Program-made: the position numbers and the translations under genes
Notes under the pieces: generated by a model
The model's database searches: none
Told to the model about the DNA's origin: nothing
Seen by the model: only the letters and a program-made list of their open reading frames with translations
Origin: Tilletiaria anomala UBC 951
Lineage: Eukaryota
NCBI RefSeq assembly: GCF_000711695.1
Contig: NW_013547021.1
Location: 186,001 to 250,000, forward strand
Reading direction: 5' to 3'
DNA length: 64,000 bases
Shown here: in pieces, positions 11,557-24,266 of the stretch
Layout: every line of letters starts with the position of its first letter
Position numbering within the stretch: position 1 is the stretch's first letter

Positions 11557-13614
11557 ATGCGGAAGCGCTACACACTCATCGCCCTTTTTCTCTCCGGCCT
11601 GCGACTACAAGACCTCCCCATCCTCCATCAATTTGCGGAGCAAAAACCATCCTCAGCCAAGTTCGCGAGTCCAGTCACTCGTATGTAACCCGTGTATATG
11701 TATGATCATTGCATGATTGAAGTTGGCGGCCTGCCCGGCTTGAGAAAGGGAGGGCCCGGGGAGATTGCGGAGGCGAGGATGCGCATGCTCAATATTTGGA
11801 GAGCTGGAGTGCATCGCGTAAGGAAATTATAGAGAGTGGAGGTCTGGGAGGTTTCGGTCATACGGATTCAGTTGCGGAGTCGGTATGGAATGCCCATTTA
11901 CCGTGCCAGATATCTCAATACTTCAATCTTCGATCTGAAGGCAAGGTTGCAGGCCAAAATTTCCAATCTGTCCTTCCACTTTGGCCTTCCCGAACTAATC
12001 ATTCCAGCCATTATCAGAACCATCCGCGGGGGTGGCAACAGGGTTGAAGGAGTGTACATAAGAAAGGAGCTAAACACTGAAGAAGTAAACATCGAGCGCA
12101 ATATCTCCAAAGCGCTCTCTGATCTTGACGTCCCTGTTCGGATGTTTCATACCAAATCTCTGCTCATTCCGCAAGGTCTTCCTTCCCCCTCACCGAGCTT
12201 TCCGGTGTATTACACACACTTTCTAAAGTGCGTGGACGGGCCCAACATGTTCCAAAAGCCACTTCAGCACCAGAGAAACCAAGGCTTTCGCAAAGCTCTC
12301 TGGCCTGCAAGATCCTGCGGGCGTCTGGTACTTCAGCGGCAAGGATATGGAAAGCGATGCTTCAGCTGTCGAGATGGCGCCGCTTAGTTGAGTACGAGCA
12401 AGAATTCTGTACTCGGTCCCTTTTCTGGCGAAGCGGCTGCCAAGCTACCAACAGCTTTTGTTCGGGAAGGCGGCGAGACCGAAGTACTTGCACGTTTGAG
12501 CACTGCATCACCGGCGGAAAGGACTTGCCAGCCGTGCCCTACAAAACGACGCAACGGTATGCTAAGCGAAGATTATTCGACCAAGATGACTGCTTCTCTG
12601 GCGCATAGCCTCCTCTCACTGCGCCTCGTGGCGGCAAAGGCTACAGGCTTGGACGAGCAGCATGGCGCGAAGGGATCGCGGAAGCTACTGGATCATCTTC
12701 GAGCTCTGTAGAGATATTTGGTCTGGAAGAAGCGGGCGCAGAGCACGTTGTAACAAGAAAGTGTGAACAATCGTTTACTGAACGGCCTTTTCGACGGTGC
12801 TCATTGCACAATTTACAGACTGGGCTCTTCGATGCTCACCCTGGAAGGTATTGAAGGCTTCCTGAATCCAAAATCGGCGCAGGTCAAAGCATATGACTGG
12901 AAGGTGCCTCAGGCTCTGGAGGATCGAAATGACGGCCTTATTCGCTGAGCGACGGCCAAAGCGGGCGTTGCGCTCGGAGACGCCGATATGAAGGAGTTAA
13001 CTGCTGCTGGGTACGTTGTGCTTTTCCTGAATCACCGTGTTTACAATCGCATGGGCTGATCTTCGTTTCCACGCGCAGCTTCATCAGCAATCGCGGGCGA
13101 CAGAGTGTCGCAAGCTTCCTGACCAAAGATTTGTACTACGATTTGAGGCTCGGCACCGATTTTTCGAATTATGGCTGATCGACTAGGATCCTTACTCGAA
13201 TTGGGTGAATCCTTGAGCGATTCCCCACTGAGCGGAGCGTTGCCCATGCTGAACTTGGATACCTCTTCTCTCCGAGCTGCAGGACAATATGTCGCTGGCG
13301 CTGGCAATAACCCTCGAGCTGCCCGCCAGTTTAACCCGAACAGACAAGGAAAGGATTATGATAGACAGGATGAGCTCCAGTTCGCAAATGCAATTTTTTC
13401 AATCGGAACGCAAGGTGTCACATTCCGCCTGGTTTTGCATAGCGAAATACATCAGGGCCTGGCTGTCCGAGTTGAAGTACGTCTCAGATGCGTCTGCTCA
13501 TCATCCCTGGACACTGAATGACGCAGAGAAGACTAATGGCTACCCTGCGCATCCTATCGTCGAGGCGGCGGCAGCGGAGGACGTGGTGGCGGCACTAGCG
13601 GTGGGCAAGGATAG
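11557..13614 (+). pseudogene. Cryptochrome-DASH (photolyase family) pseudogene, heavily degraded
   Basis: Collinear fragments across frames: LRLQDLPIL, PVYMYD..IEVGG, WRAGVHRV, SIFDLKARL..FGLPE, GGETEVLARL, RNGMLSEDYSTK, YWIIFEL, DADMKELTAAG, FISNRGRQSVASFLTKDL, QYVAGAGNNPR..RQFNP..QGKDYD, YIRAWLSEL..HHPW, then an RGG-like tail. Stops at 11686-11688 and 12946-12948 plus several frameshifts. Confidence 0.92.
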
Positions 13615-16600
13615 AACCATCATAGGCTCATTCTTCATAGCAACATTAGAACTGCGTCCTTGAGACCATTGGCTAGTAGGAAGGTCCAGGTGTAGACAAC
13701 GAAGAGAGGAAGCCGAATATGCAAGCATGAGTATAATCTTTTTGGTATATACTCTGTTTCAGTGCACAGCACAACATAAACTATAGCCTTCAGTATGTGT
13801 ACTGATTCGCAACATAGCAAGCGGCATTACTTAATAGAGTCATTTCGATACGGACCGCGTGTTTCACCGACAGCCTGCGAAGGTGCCGAGGCAGGCGATT
13901 GGGTCATTGGCAGCTGCATAGTATGCTCATGATGAAACGGCAGCTTTCTGACACCGATGAAGGGCAGGCTCCTGGAAGTAATAATCCCAGGCTTCTCAAG
14001 TGTGCAGTGTGCAATGCTTAGTATGCACATGTTCTATACGGACGTGACGTGCCGGGAAGTGCATAGCGAGGCTGCAAGGCGCAAAGGGCATATCGGGATC
14101 GTTCCTAGCGATATTGGGGTGCTACGTGTCGAAAGCTGCTTTTCCCTTCGAGGTTTAAACGCTCAGCGCTTCAACCTTTAGGGCTCCAGCGATCAGAATT
14201 CAACATGAGTTCGGCGCGTTCACTAAGACGTGCCGGACGAAACCTCAAATTCAACCCTGGCAAGCTGGGAAGATCGGATGTTCCACAAAGATGCCGATTC
14301 TTTGATCGATCGGCTCCAAGCGACTGGCTCCCACGCCCGTTCTTTGATCGTAGCGGTTCGCAATACTGGAGAAGACAGGTGGAGGGTGGGGCGTTCGCTT
14401 TCTGTTGTGAAAAGATCGGGGTATTGGGAAGGTTCTCAACCCACCTTTGCCACTTTTCGAGTGAATTTATAGGGGTTTTGCCTGGGCGGTGATTTTTTAA
14501 AGCTTGCAGGAGTTCAACCGTCAACTTTCTTTTTATAACTGAGAATCTGAAAACTCAGATGGAGGGCCACGTGGGCGGAACTCGGATCTGCACCGGGAGG
14601 GCCCGATCGATCCTTGCTGGATGGCGGAGACAGCACTGACACCTGCCCTAGCCTGCGAGCTGTCCAGCGTATGCGCTGTGCAGCCGGCGTGTGCCAGGAG
14701 CATATACATGATTGTATGTCAGCGTAGAGTCGTGTCAGGTCGTGTCCTCACAAGTCCTGTCATGGCCGGCCGTGTTCAACGCGTCGTCAGCACGTTAGCG
14801 GTCAGAACGCTCGGAAGCCGTCGCCTCGTAAGACCCTCAGCGCATGTCTGGACTCTGGAGCTGTTGGAGTTTGGACGCGTAATGATGCAACGCATCTCAT
14901 GCTGGGTTCACCCGCGCCGGGCGGCACGGTGACTTGCGCGGCTCATGAGTTTGTCCTCTACGTGAAACGCGTCATCAACGTTGTGTCAATTCACCCAGTC
15001 GCATCAGATATGCCTGAAAGCGCTGCAATCTGCGCAGTGCGTAGTGCACATCTGCAGCACAGTCATATGCAAGTAGCCAAATACAGTCTTCCAGTCTACG
15101 GAGAAGCAGGCGCTTTGGGTCCTCTGTGGCCGGTGCATACCCTGAGCTTTGCTTCGAGCCTGCCTTATTCGGCGTATGTATGTACACATAGCTCTGAATC
15201 TGCATTTTCAATGCTGAGCTCCGAAGCTCATGATGTTCCATTCTAGACGCTTACTTGCCATTGCTGCGGCGTCCTCATTTCTAGAAAGCCCTGAGCTTCT
15301 GAAAGCGTATATACACCAAAAGCAAGTCAGGGAAGGCGGACACCGGTACTCCGGCAGCAGGACATCAGGCTAGCGGAAGCAAGTCAGCAGTCCATGTCTT
15401 CTCGCCTGCACATTCTTCATTTCTTGATCCTCTCCTTTAAAGAGTTCATTCAGATCGGGTATAGAACTTGGTCCTTGGCGCATGGCCAAGGAGTGGCGGA
15501 AACTCCGGCGCATCTTTACTTCATGCCAGTGCCCAGCAGCCACTGCTAACTACTTCGCCTACTCGCCCGCCGTTACACGTGAGGAGAGCGACACTGTTGA
15601 CACTAGACTTGTCATACCTATAGCATACTCAAGAAGATCACGAATGAGCATGGCTCGACAGAACAATCACTTGGCTGGGGACTGGGGCCACTCAAAGTTC
15701 AAATTTTATTTAACCGATTTAGCATTGAGAGCGACGAGGCCTGCTTGCACGAAGTGCGACGTTCCGCGGCAGCATGGACTCGTCGGGAAGGGACCCCTTT
15801 CTGACGCTCGAGTCAAGGAAAGTCGACAATGAGGGATTCGAAACCCCAGGAGGGTGTGAGGCGATGAGGTCGCCGAGCATTTCAAGTGCAGATGAGACCG
15901 CCATACTCTTACAAAAGAATGTAACTCAATGTAAATACTAGCATCCGTCCTTCGTGTGCCCGCGAAGGAGAAAATGATGCTGAAGACGGAAGGGAACGGG
16001 ACCTGCGGCTCCTGAGATTTGTGGCCTGTGGCAGATGGAGCGCATTCACTCGTGAGACCAGCTACACGTAACAACGGGGCAAGCGCAGCTTGCTACTCGT
16101 TGCCAGGCTTTTCCCGCCTTATTTATCGCAGGAATTGCAAAAGTGCGCTGCTCCTCAACGTGCTTTGCCTTCAGCGTGTCAGTATCAGCGATCAGCCATG
16201 GCTGGGCATGGCCTCTAATACTTTACGGACAAGCTTCCGGATCTCACCGTATCACTGAGCATTAATCACTCATCACTCATAGCACCCATCACGTCCTCTA
16301 CTATAATAGAGGTCTGGGGTGCAATCAGCTATGTGCTCAGGCCGGGACGGGCCGGGAATACTGCCATTTGGGATCATGGAGACTAAGTCTCCCCGGGTCT
16401 CACTACAACCTGGGTGAGCCGTACTTCCAAGTTCCAGCGCTGCACAACCTTTTTCAGCCTGCTTTAGACTTTCGGAGCTTCAGAGCTTCAGCGGACAACA
16501 TCACACAATTGACAGTAAATAACCTCACAGCTTACGCCTCACGCCCATCACGCGACACGCCAGGACTGGCCACTTCCGGTCATGTCAGTACCGCATACTG

Positions 16601-19600
16601 ACTCCTGAGTCCTTCGGGTATCTTGCTCTTCCCCACCCCCTTCCCTTTTCATATCACCGAAAGGCGGTGGGAAGGCGTGTGTATTAAAGTGTATGTTTGA
16701 CATTTGCACATTTCAGTATCTACGATGGTCATAGGTCTGCATTTGAAATTTGAACGTTATGAGCCGGGAGAGTGCTTTTCCTTGTGCCTAGCTTAAGTAT
16801 ATACTGCTTCTCATTTCCCATTGGTGAGTATAGTGAGTGATTTTATCCTATCCTGTCTAACAAGAAGTGATGCCAAGAGCTCTCTCCCCAGCTTCTCGCT
16901 CATCAGGCATTAAGTATCAGCGATCAGTTCTTACATGGCCCCCGTTCGACGGTTCAACCTTCCGATTTCCCATGCTGGTTCAAAGTTTCAGCGTTCAGCG
17001 TTAAGACATTCAGCGGTTCTTCCCTAGGAAAGCATGATGGCGCTAAAAGTAAACAGCCCTATTAAACATTTGTACTATGTATGTGCATATGAACATACAT
17101 ACAAAATAGTCATGTTTGCACAAGACTACCGCAAGGGGCAACCAGATTAACGAGTCACTTGGGATGACCGGAAGTTTTTAGTGTTTGGAGTTCAGTGCGG
17201 CTTCCATTTAGAATAGCTCATAATGGAACCCCACTTATGGCATGTGCATGGATGCACATTGACAGCAATTGCAGATACCGGCAGGCACAGGCTTATAGGC
17301 AGGGCGGGGGAATACGAGTATGCAGCCGCAGTCTGCAATAATGCAGTGGCACATGCATAGGTACACATGAAAATATGGGGAGGATTTCCCGGCCGCATTC
17401 GAGATCTCTCTAGAATTGGTCAGGAACGGATAGATTCCACATATTCTGCACATTGTGCTCGCACTTGGCTGTTCAGAGCTTCTGCAAGCAACCGCGCACA
17501 GTGTTTGGCGGGCTGCCGTCTCATCTCAGCGCGCTTCGCCGGAGCATCACCACACCGTCACCGTTCAAGGATGCAAGTGTCACGTCATTATTATTCCCTG
17601 TTTGCCGTTCGGCTGTTCCGAGGGCAACGTTCACCATTTCCAGCACAGTCTATGTGTTCAATCACCTCAAGGGTTCATGCGTTTCATGCTCACGGTTCAC
17701 TTGCATCATGCTTACTGCAAAATGGCACAGTGGTTACACGCTTCCAGAGGCTATTAGGCCAACACAGGCTTTCTCATGCAGCTTCTCTCATCATGATATA
17801 TGTAGTGTTTATGCAGGTTTCTTTATTATAGTATCGGCGCTGAGAGCTCGAAGATGCTGCACGCCCAAACCACTGATGCGTGCGCACTGCAAGGAGAGCC
17901 TTTTGACGTTCAACTCCAGACTGCACAATTCCACTGCAGATGCTGGACCTGGTCAGACGAGAGAACAATGCTGGTAGCAGGTTGCATGCCTACTCGGCCC
18001 ACGCGCTGATAGATCACTGCGTTACGGCGCGAACCCATCGGCTGTGTATTGTGGAGCCTCGAAAGAGTGTCACGACGGATCATTGGTCCTCAACGATGTG
18101 CAAGACGGGAGTGTTTTGGAAAGCAATCCTATTTCCATCGCGGCATGGCGCACACTTCTCCTATCAAGAGTGCATTGTTCTGTTCCGACTTTCGTCACAT
18201 ATACAAATCACAATCCACATCACAGAAGCGGTGATTATGCGCTGATTATGAGCTTGACGGTTTGATGGGGCGATGAGGGGAGTAGGGATCGCCGATGGAC
18301 TGGCGATGAACGCGACGAATGGAAAACTCGAACGCGGTGGGAAAGTCCGAAATTTTGGCGCGCGCGGAGCGCGTCTCTCCTTTGAGGGGGAGCGACCACA
18401 TTAGCGTATGAGCACAGACGCCTCGAGTCTGAGGAGTGGCAGGTCGTCTTTGGATGGGTCAGGTCCTCCGATCTTGCAGAAAAGAAAGAGTTGAATCCAC
18501 AGCAGACATGCGCTACGTGGTGCGCACATTCTTCAGTGCTCTGCAACGCTGCACAAGTGTAGAGTAGTTCAGAGTGCAGGCCAGTGAAGGCATGCGCATT
18601 GCGTGCGCCCACGGCAACGGCTGAGCGCCGGAAACTCAAGGCCTGTGCCCTTTAATAAACATCATTCTCATTCTCTCAAATTCTCACTTTCTTGCTCTTC
18701 CTGGTGAGCGCCTGCAGCCCTGCCTGCCCTGAGCGCCTGAGCGCGCGAAGAGGAACTGCCCAGCTGGCCATCTTATGCTGCAGTCGCCTGTAGATCGGCC
18801 GCATTTTCATCTTGGAAAAGTATATAAAGAGCTCCTGCAGGCTTCTGCGGCCTGCGAGTCATAAGCGTCCAGCCTGTGAAGGGTAATCTAGCATTGTGGA
18901 TGGCACTTGCAATAGCCCGCAAAGTGCAATGTGCAATCAGCATTTACAATTGCATTCTGCGAGCCTGTGGGGAGGTATTTTCATACGGTGCAGGGAGTGT
19001 TTTGGGGCCCGACTTTCGCACAGACTGACACGCCTCCTCCCCTCGTCTCACGAGAGTCAGCTTGTTGAGCCAGTAGATTGTAATTTGTGCCTAAAGTGTG
19101 AAGCACAGCTCATTAAGAACAACCCGGACAAACGCGCTGATTGTATTGTTTGACACCTTAATTCCACGCGAAAGCGCCAGACTACATGTGAAGTGTGACA
19201 TTGACAATGTGTCTCACATGAAGGCATGTCGATCCACGCGTTTGGACATTCCTGGCCGCCTCGGGCATCGATCGAAACGCAGCGCTATGCTTGTGAAACG
19301 TGCGACTCGTAGTTGGAGCCGGCGCTGGTTCCTGCTCGCTCATCTTGACTCTTGTTTGCGTGCAAAGAACATATGGTTTCTTTCGGATTTCGCACTTTGC
19401 GCCCTCATGCGGCCTGTGCAGCCTTTCCCTCTGCATGTACATGATCCATATTTATCTTTAATACTTTCTTTTTAGCCGTTGGAGGTTGACAAAGCTTGAT
19501 CTACGAAGACACGGCGAAGGTGAGTGATTGGCAATACGAAACACAGTTTTATTCTTGCGAATATGCGATATTTGGCTTTTTGTGTGGGCTTTGTTGTGAA

Positions 19601-21151
19601 AAGCTCGTCGGGTAGAATTGCCCCCATGTAAGCGCGACGAGGAACACTCTCGGACGGTGTGTCCGCGGCTTGTCATTATTTTTACTGTTTAGGGAAACCC
19701 CCACTGTGTTGTGTGTGCTATGCCCCAGCCCACTGTGCTGTACTGCGCACGCGAGCAAGCCTTTGCTCCTGAGCGGGTGTTTGCTGCGGCGCTGTGCCTG
19801 TCACCTGCAGCCAAAGGCTGTAAGGAGTCTCCCACGCTCCACGCGATCGACATGCAAGACCCATCGTCGATACCCTCGTCCCGTCACACTTCAGGGCAGT
19901 ATGGCTACTCTGCGTGATTCGGCTATGTATGACCATGTTAGGCCGTGAGTGCCCATCGTTCAGGAGTTTTGGGCATCTCATGCGTAATATTGCTAGCAAT
20001 GCGCGTCTTGCTTTCGAGCAAATCGCCAAACTGTGTCTTATTAAGAGTGGAATCCGGGTCGATTAGCATTGGCTGTGAGCTTTTTTGGCGGGATGAAATG
20101 GATATGATATGTACATAGATATGCCCGTTTGGCGTTGTTGGCGAATGGCGAATCCCAAATGCGTTCTGTGTGCGAGACTGCAAGACGCCAAAGTCTCCTG
20201 GCAGTATCACACACTCGCAGGAGCAGTAGGGAGGTTTTGCCGCCTGTCAGGGGACTGGACGGGCATGGGCGCCTGGGCGTGGGCGCAAACGTAAACGAGA
20301 GAAGCTCGCCACCCAAGACTGCGGCTTGGATACGGGTTCTCACGTAAAACATGCAATACATGTGCAAACTGTAACAGAAGCTAAAATGAACAGTACGGCG
20401 CACGGCGCCTGCCTGCAGAGTCAGCGGCTATCTTCGCAATCGTGTCTCCTGCCCTCTCTCTGTCCCCTCGGGCCCATTTGCTCTCCGAGTTGGGCCTAAT
20501 CAAACCGGTCCCAAGCTCCGTCCGCCGTCGCTCCGGCACTCCGAAGGGCATACGCCGCTTCTCCCACATTCCAAACAACCCTCCCCACTGGCTTTGCGCT
20601 CTCTTTTGGGGTACCGCTGGATGATCATAAGCCATTCAACATCGTGAATTGTTTAGCCATCTCCCTCCCAGTCGCCGCCCCTCTAATGATTGCTGGACCC
20701 TAGCTAGACAAACGAATCGTCCACGATCTCGATTCTCAAGGATCCTCCTCCAACGATCGGATGTTCATTATCATTACTTTATACTCCAGCCTCATCCGCA
20801 TTTGGCGAAACCAGGTCTCTCCAAAGTGCACAAGGGCTTGCCTTGTCGAATCTCCCTTGGCACTCGCAATCTTTCAATTTCGACACAAGATCAAGCTGCC
20901 AACTGTCGCGAGTCGCAACGAGCTACGCGTAGAAGTCATCAAGCCAAGGCCAGCCAACCATCAATGATCTTTATAAACAGAGTAGTGGGTGTCTTATTTT
21001 TTAGACTTGTCCATGACTACCTGATGCACCTGACATCCGTTGCTGAATGTAGCTTGCGCTATCGTACAGACCTTGATCTATCGACTCTCGTTACTCCCAA
21101 GGCAGCTTGCTCCAAAGTAACCAACCCCAGCGCTATCATCATACGACGGAA

Positions 21152-24100
21152 ATGAGCTCGGAAGAATCAAGACCATTCATCACAGCACGCTCCGTACTCG
21201 CACGTTCCGTGTACTCGCGGCGGCCAAGTCTCCCACCCGCTCTCGAGAGTTCAGCTAGCAGCGTCAGCCTTTCTTCTCCCACACTACCACAAGGCTTACC
21301 GTTCTACAGCGGCGTTGGTTCTGCTTACTCTGCCACCGCAGCACTATCCTTTCCACGCAAACTTTCGCTTGACGAGGCTGCCACCATGACAGATTCCCAG
21401 GACCTACCCCAACAAGCCTCCGAGCCCGAACCGACGGACAAAGAGGACACGGCGTTGAATGCGCGACTGCACCAGCATCGCCAGCAACGCCAGCACTGCA
21501 TGCCCCTAGCAACATTCCCACACGCATCTATCGAGCTCTCCAGGAAGGATGCCCTCTCCAACGACGAGACTGCTCGCTTTAGCGCCATCAAACACATGTT
21601 GTTCTCTCGCAACGCCGCTATCGCCATTCAAGCCGAAGACAGCAGCATGGACTGGGACGTGTCGGATGTGCCGTCCATGCCTGGATCGGTCAGCATGATC
21701 AGCAGCGAATCGTCGGCCAGCATGATCAGCAGCAGCGCCGAGAGCGGTGTTAGCACAGTGAATACAACCTTGTCGAACGGGCAACTCACGAGTCAACTTC
21801 CCGGCTCACCGTCAGCTTTGTCGGTGCAGGCGGCAAAATCAAGCGCCGCGACTCAGCATTCCACGATGCAGATGCCGCCAAGCGTTCGGTCAGCCTCTTC
21901 GACGGGCTCGGGCGCTTCTTCGCAGACCGAAGACATGGACGAAGATATTCCACCGCCGCTTTCACCGTCTAACGGTTCCGTCAAGAGTGTCAGCCTGCGG
22001 ACTCCAGCACGAGAAAGCCGTGAGAGTCAGCAAGGCTCCATCTTTCAAGCCAATTACTCCATGGGTCCAGTCGGATCGCAGCCTATTACCCCTCATCTCG
22101 CACAACGTTCGCTCCCGACTTGCGACGGGAGCTCGCAGCTCGACGCCTCATCTGACATTGGCGGGCAGTCATTCAGCACATCACCTCGCGGCTCGGCTAC
22201 AATCAGTCAGAGCCTTGGATTGGTCCTGTCCGACTCGCCTCTCGGCACTTTTGCCACGGGTGCCGACAAGGGGAACGCGCTTCCGATGCAGAGACCCTCG
22301 GCTGCAGCCATCAAGCGAGCCAAGCGTTCTTCTGCGCTCTCGCCATTAAAAATTGCACCTGAGTCAGCATTCGGACGGCCGATCCAGCCGACGACGCCAA
22401 ACGGGTCCTTCATCCCGTACGCGCGCGACGGTGCTGCCACTGGCGAAGCGAGAAGCCCTTTCGAGCCACCAACTCCGTTCAGAACCACGAGTAGCATGAA
22501 CGGATTTCCTTTTGGCAGTGCCAGCTCCGTCGATGCTAGCGATCGCATGCCTTTGCCTGCGTCCACAAGCCTCCTCGCTCGCAGCGCCAAGCCATCGCGA
22601 AGCGGATCGCTGAGCCCTATCTCTGCGGACTTTGCAGCTGTCGTCTCGTTGTCGCAATCTGTGAGTTCTCTGCAGCCTTGACCTGCATCCAATATGGCTT
22701 CATTGCTGACACTTGGACGGTGGTACGCAGAAATTGCGAGACGGCTCACAGTCTCGCTCTCCATCACCTGCTACCAACAACGCTTCTCGCCGTGCCAGCT
22801 TGATGGAGACGCCGAGCGGTAGCTCGAAGCGCGCTGCAGAGATGCACCGGAGCTCTCTGAGCGGCCCAACTCGTCCCAAGCTCATCAAGTCGAAGAGTTC
22901 AATGGGCAAGCCGTACGTGCCATCGTCGCCTTACTCGCTCCCAAACTCTTTGCAGTCATCCTCTTCCGGTGTCTTTCGCACAGTGAACGCAGCAGGCCAG
23001 TCGGTCGCTGGAAGCCTGGCACAACCCTCCGGGATGCCGCTGTCTGGTCTCGTCAAGCCGCTCATCACGACGACTCCGCCGCAACCGAGCTTCGAACTGC
23101 CAAACGACCAGCTGTCCGGCCTTCCAGAGCCTCTGACCGATGCGCTTCTGTCCGCCAAAGCAGCTCCATCGGCCATGGCAAAGGTCCCTTCGGTCGCCTC
23201 GCGCATGCAGAACATCGGCAAGCCCGTCCAGCCGCAAGCAATACCGATGGACCGCTCACAGTCCCTGCCCGTCTACCAGACCGTGTCCGCTCGCCATCTT
23301 GCGTACCGCCATCTTCACCCGGTTTTCGAGGCGAACTACACTCTCGGCCACGAGCTTGGCAGCGGTGGCTTTGGATTCGTCGTCGCAGCTCGCAGGTCGC
23401 AGGATGGTCGGCCCGTTGCAGTAAAGTTCATCTGGAAGGAGAAGGTTCCTTCTCACGGATGGGTGCGCGACCCACAACTCGGCATCATTCCCATGGAAGT
23501 GTTTGCCCTCAAGGTCATTGACCATCCGAATGTGGTTAAGTTCATCGAGCTCTTTGACGATGATGACTTCTTCTACCTCGTAATGGAGATGCATGGCTCG
23601 CCGTGGAAAGCTCCCGAGGCGATTGATGACAAGAAAAAGACTGTGGCCTTGCCGCCGACATCAGAGTGTCTCAGCCCGCCACAGCGCCATGTTCCGATGG
23701 AGCGCCGCTCTTCTTGCGACCTCTTCGAATGCATCGAGCAGCACTCGCGGCTGTCGGAGGAGCAAGCGCGATGGGTGTTCGCGCAGGTCATCGAGGCCGT
23801 CTGGCATCTGGATTCCCTGGGAATTTGCCACCGTGATATCAAGGATGAGAACTGCGTCGTCGATTCTGACTTCAATGTCAAGCTTATTGACTTTGGCTCC
23901 GCCGTTGTTTCGGACCCACGCAAGCCACCACCATACTTCAACCGCTTCTTTGGCACGATGACTTTTGCCAGCTCGGAGATCCTCCAAGGCAAGCAGTACC
24001 GCGCGCCTCATGCCGAAGTGTGGAGCCTTGGCGTCCTGTTGAGCATTCTGCTCAGCGGGCAATGTCCATTCAGCGACCCTAGCGCCGCAATCAAGGGCCA

Positions 24101-24266
24101 GATCAGCAAACCCAAGGGCATGTGGACCAAAGAGAGTCTCGGGCTGATGCTGCGTTGCCTCGAGGTCGATCCGGATCGCCGTGCCACGATTCAAGAGCTG
24201 CGCCAGCACCCGTGGGTCAGCAAGGCCTGGGAGGTTCCGGGCCGCTCCCGGCCTGGCTCAGTCTAA
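21152..24266 (+). CDS. Ser/Thr protein kinase, PASK/PIM-related catalytic domain after a long Ser/Pro-rich disordered N-terminus; intron 22661-22730
   Basis: Motifs LGSGGFGFV, VAVKFI, HPNVVKFIELF..YLVME, DLFECIEQH, HRDIKDEN, LIDFGSA, FFGTMTFASSEIL, EVWSLGVLL. A GTGAGT..GCTGAC..CAG intron joins the 524-aa and 517-aa ORFs in frame. Start codon uncertain. Confidence 0.92.

Noticed and set aside
16572..17175. 12-bp inverted repeat ACTTCCGGTCAT/ATGACCGGAAGT as MITE ends
   Set aside because: No target-site duplication, and one 12-bp match is expected by chance in a region of several kb.
18896..19153. ORF ending ..RADCIV* as a lipopeptide pheromone precursor
   Set aside because: Cys is third from the end, so it is not a CaaX box. 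The start is non-ATG and no STE3-type receptor lies nearby.
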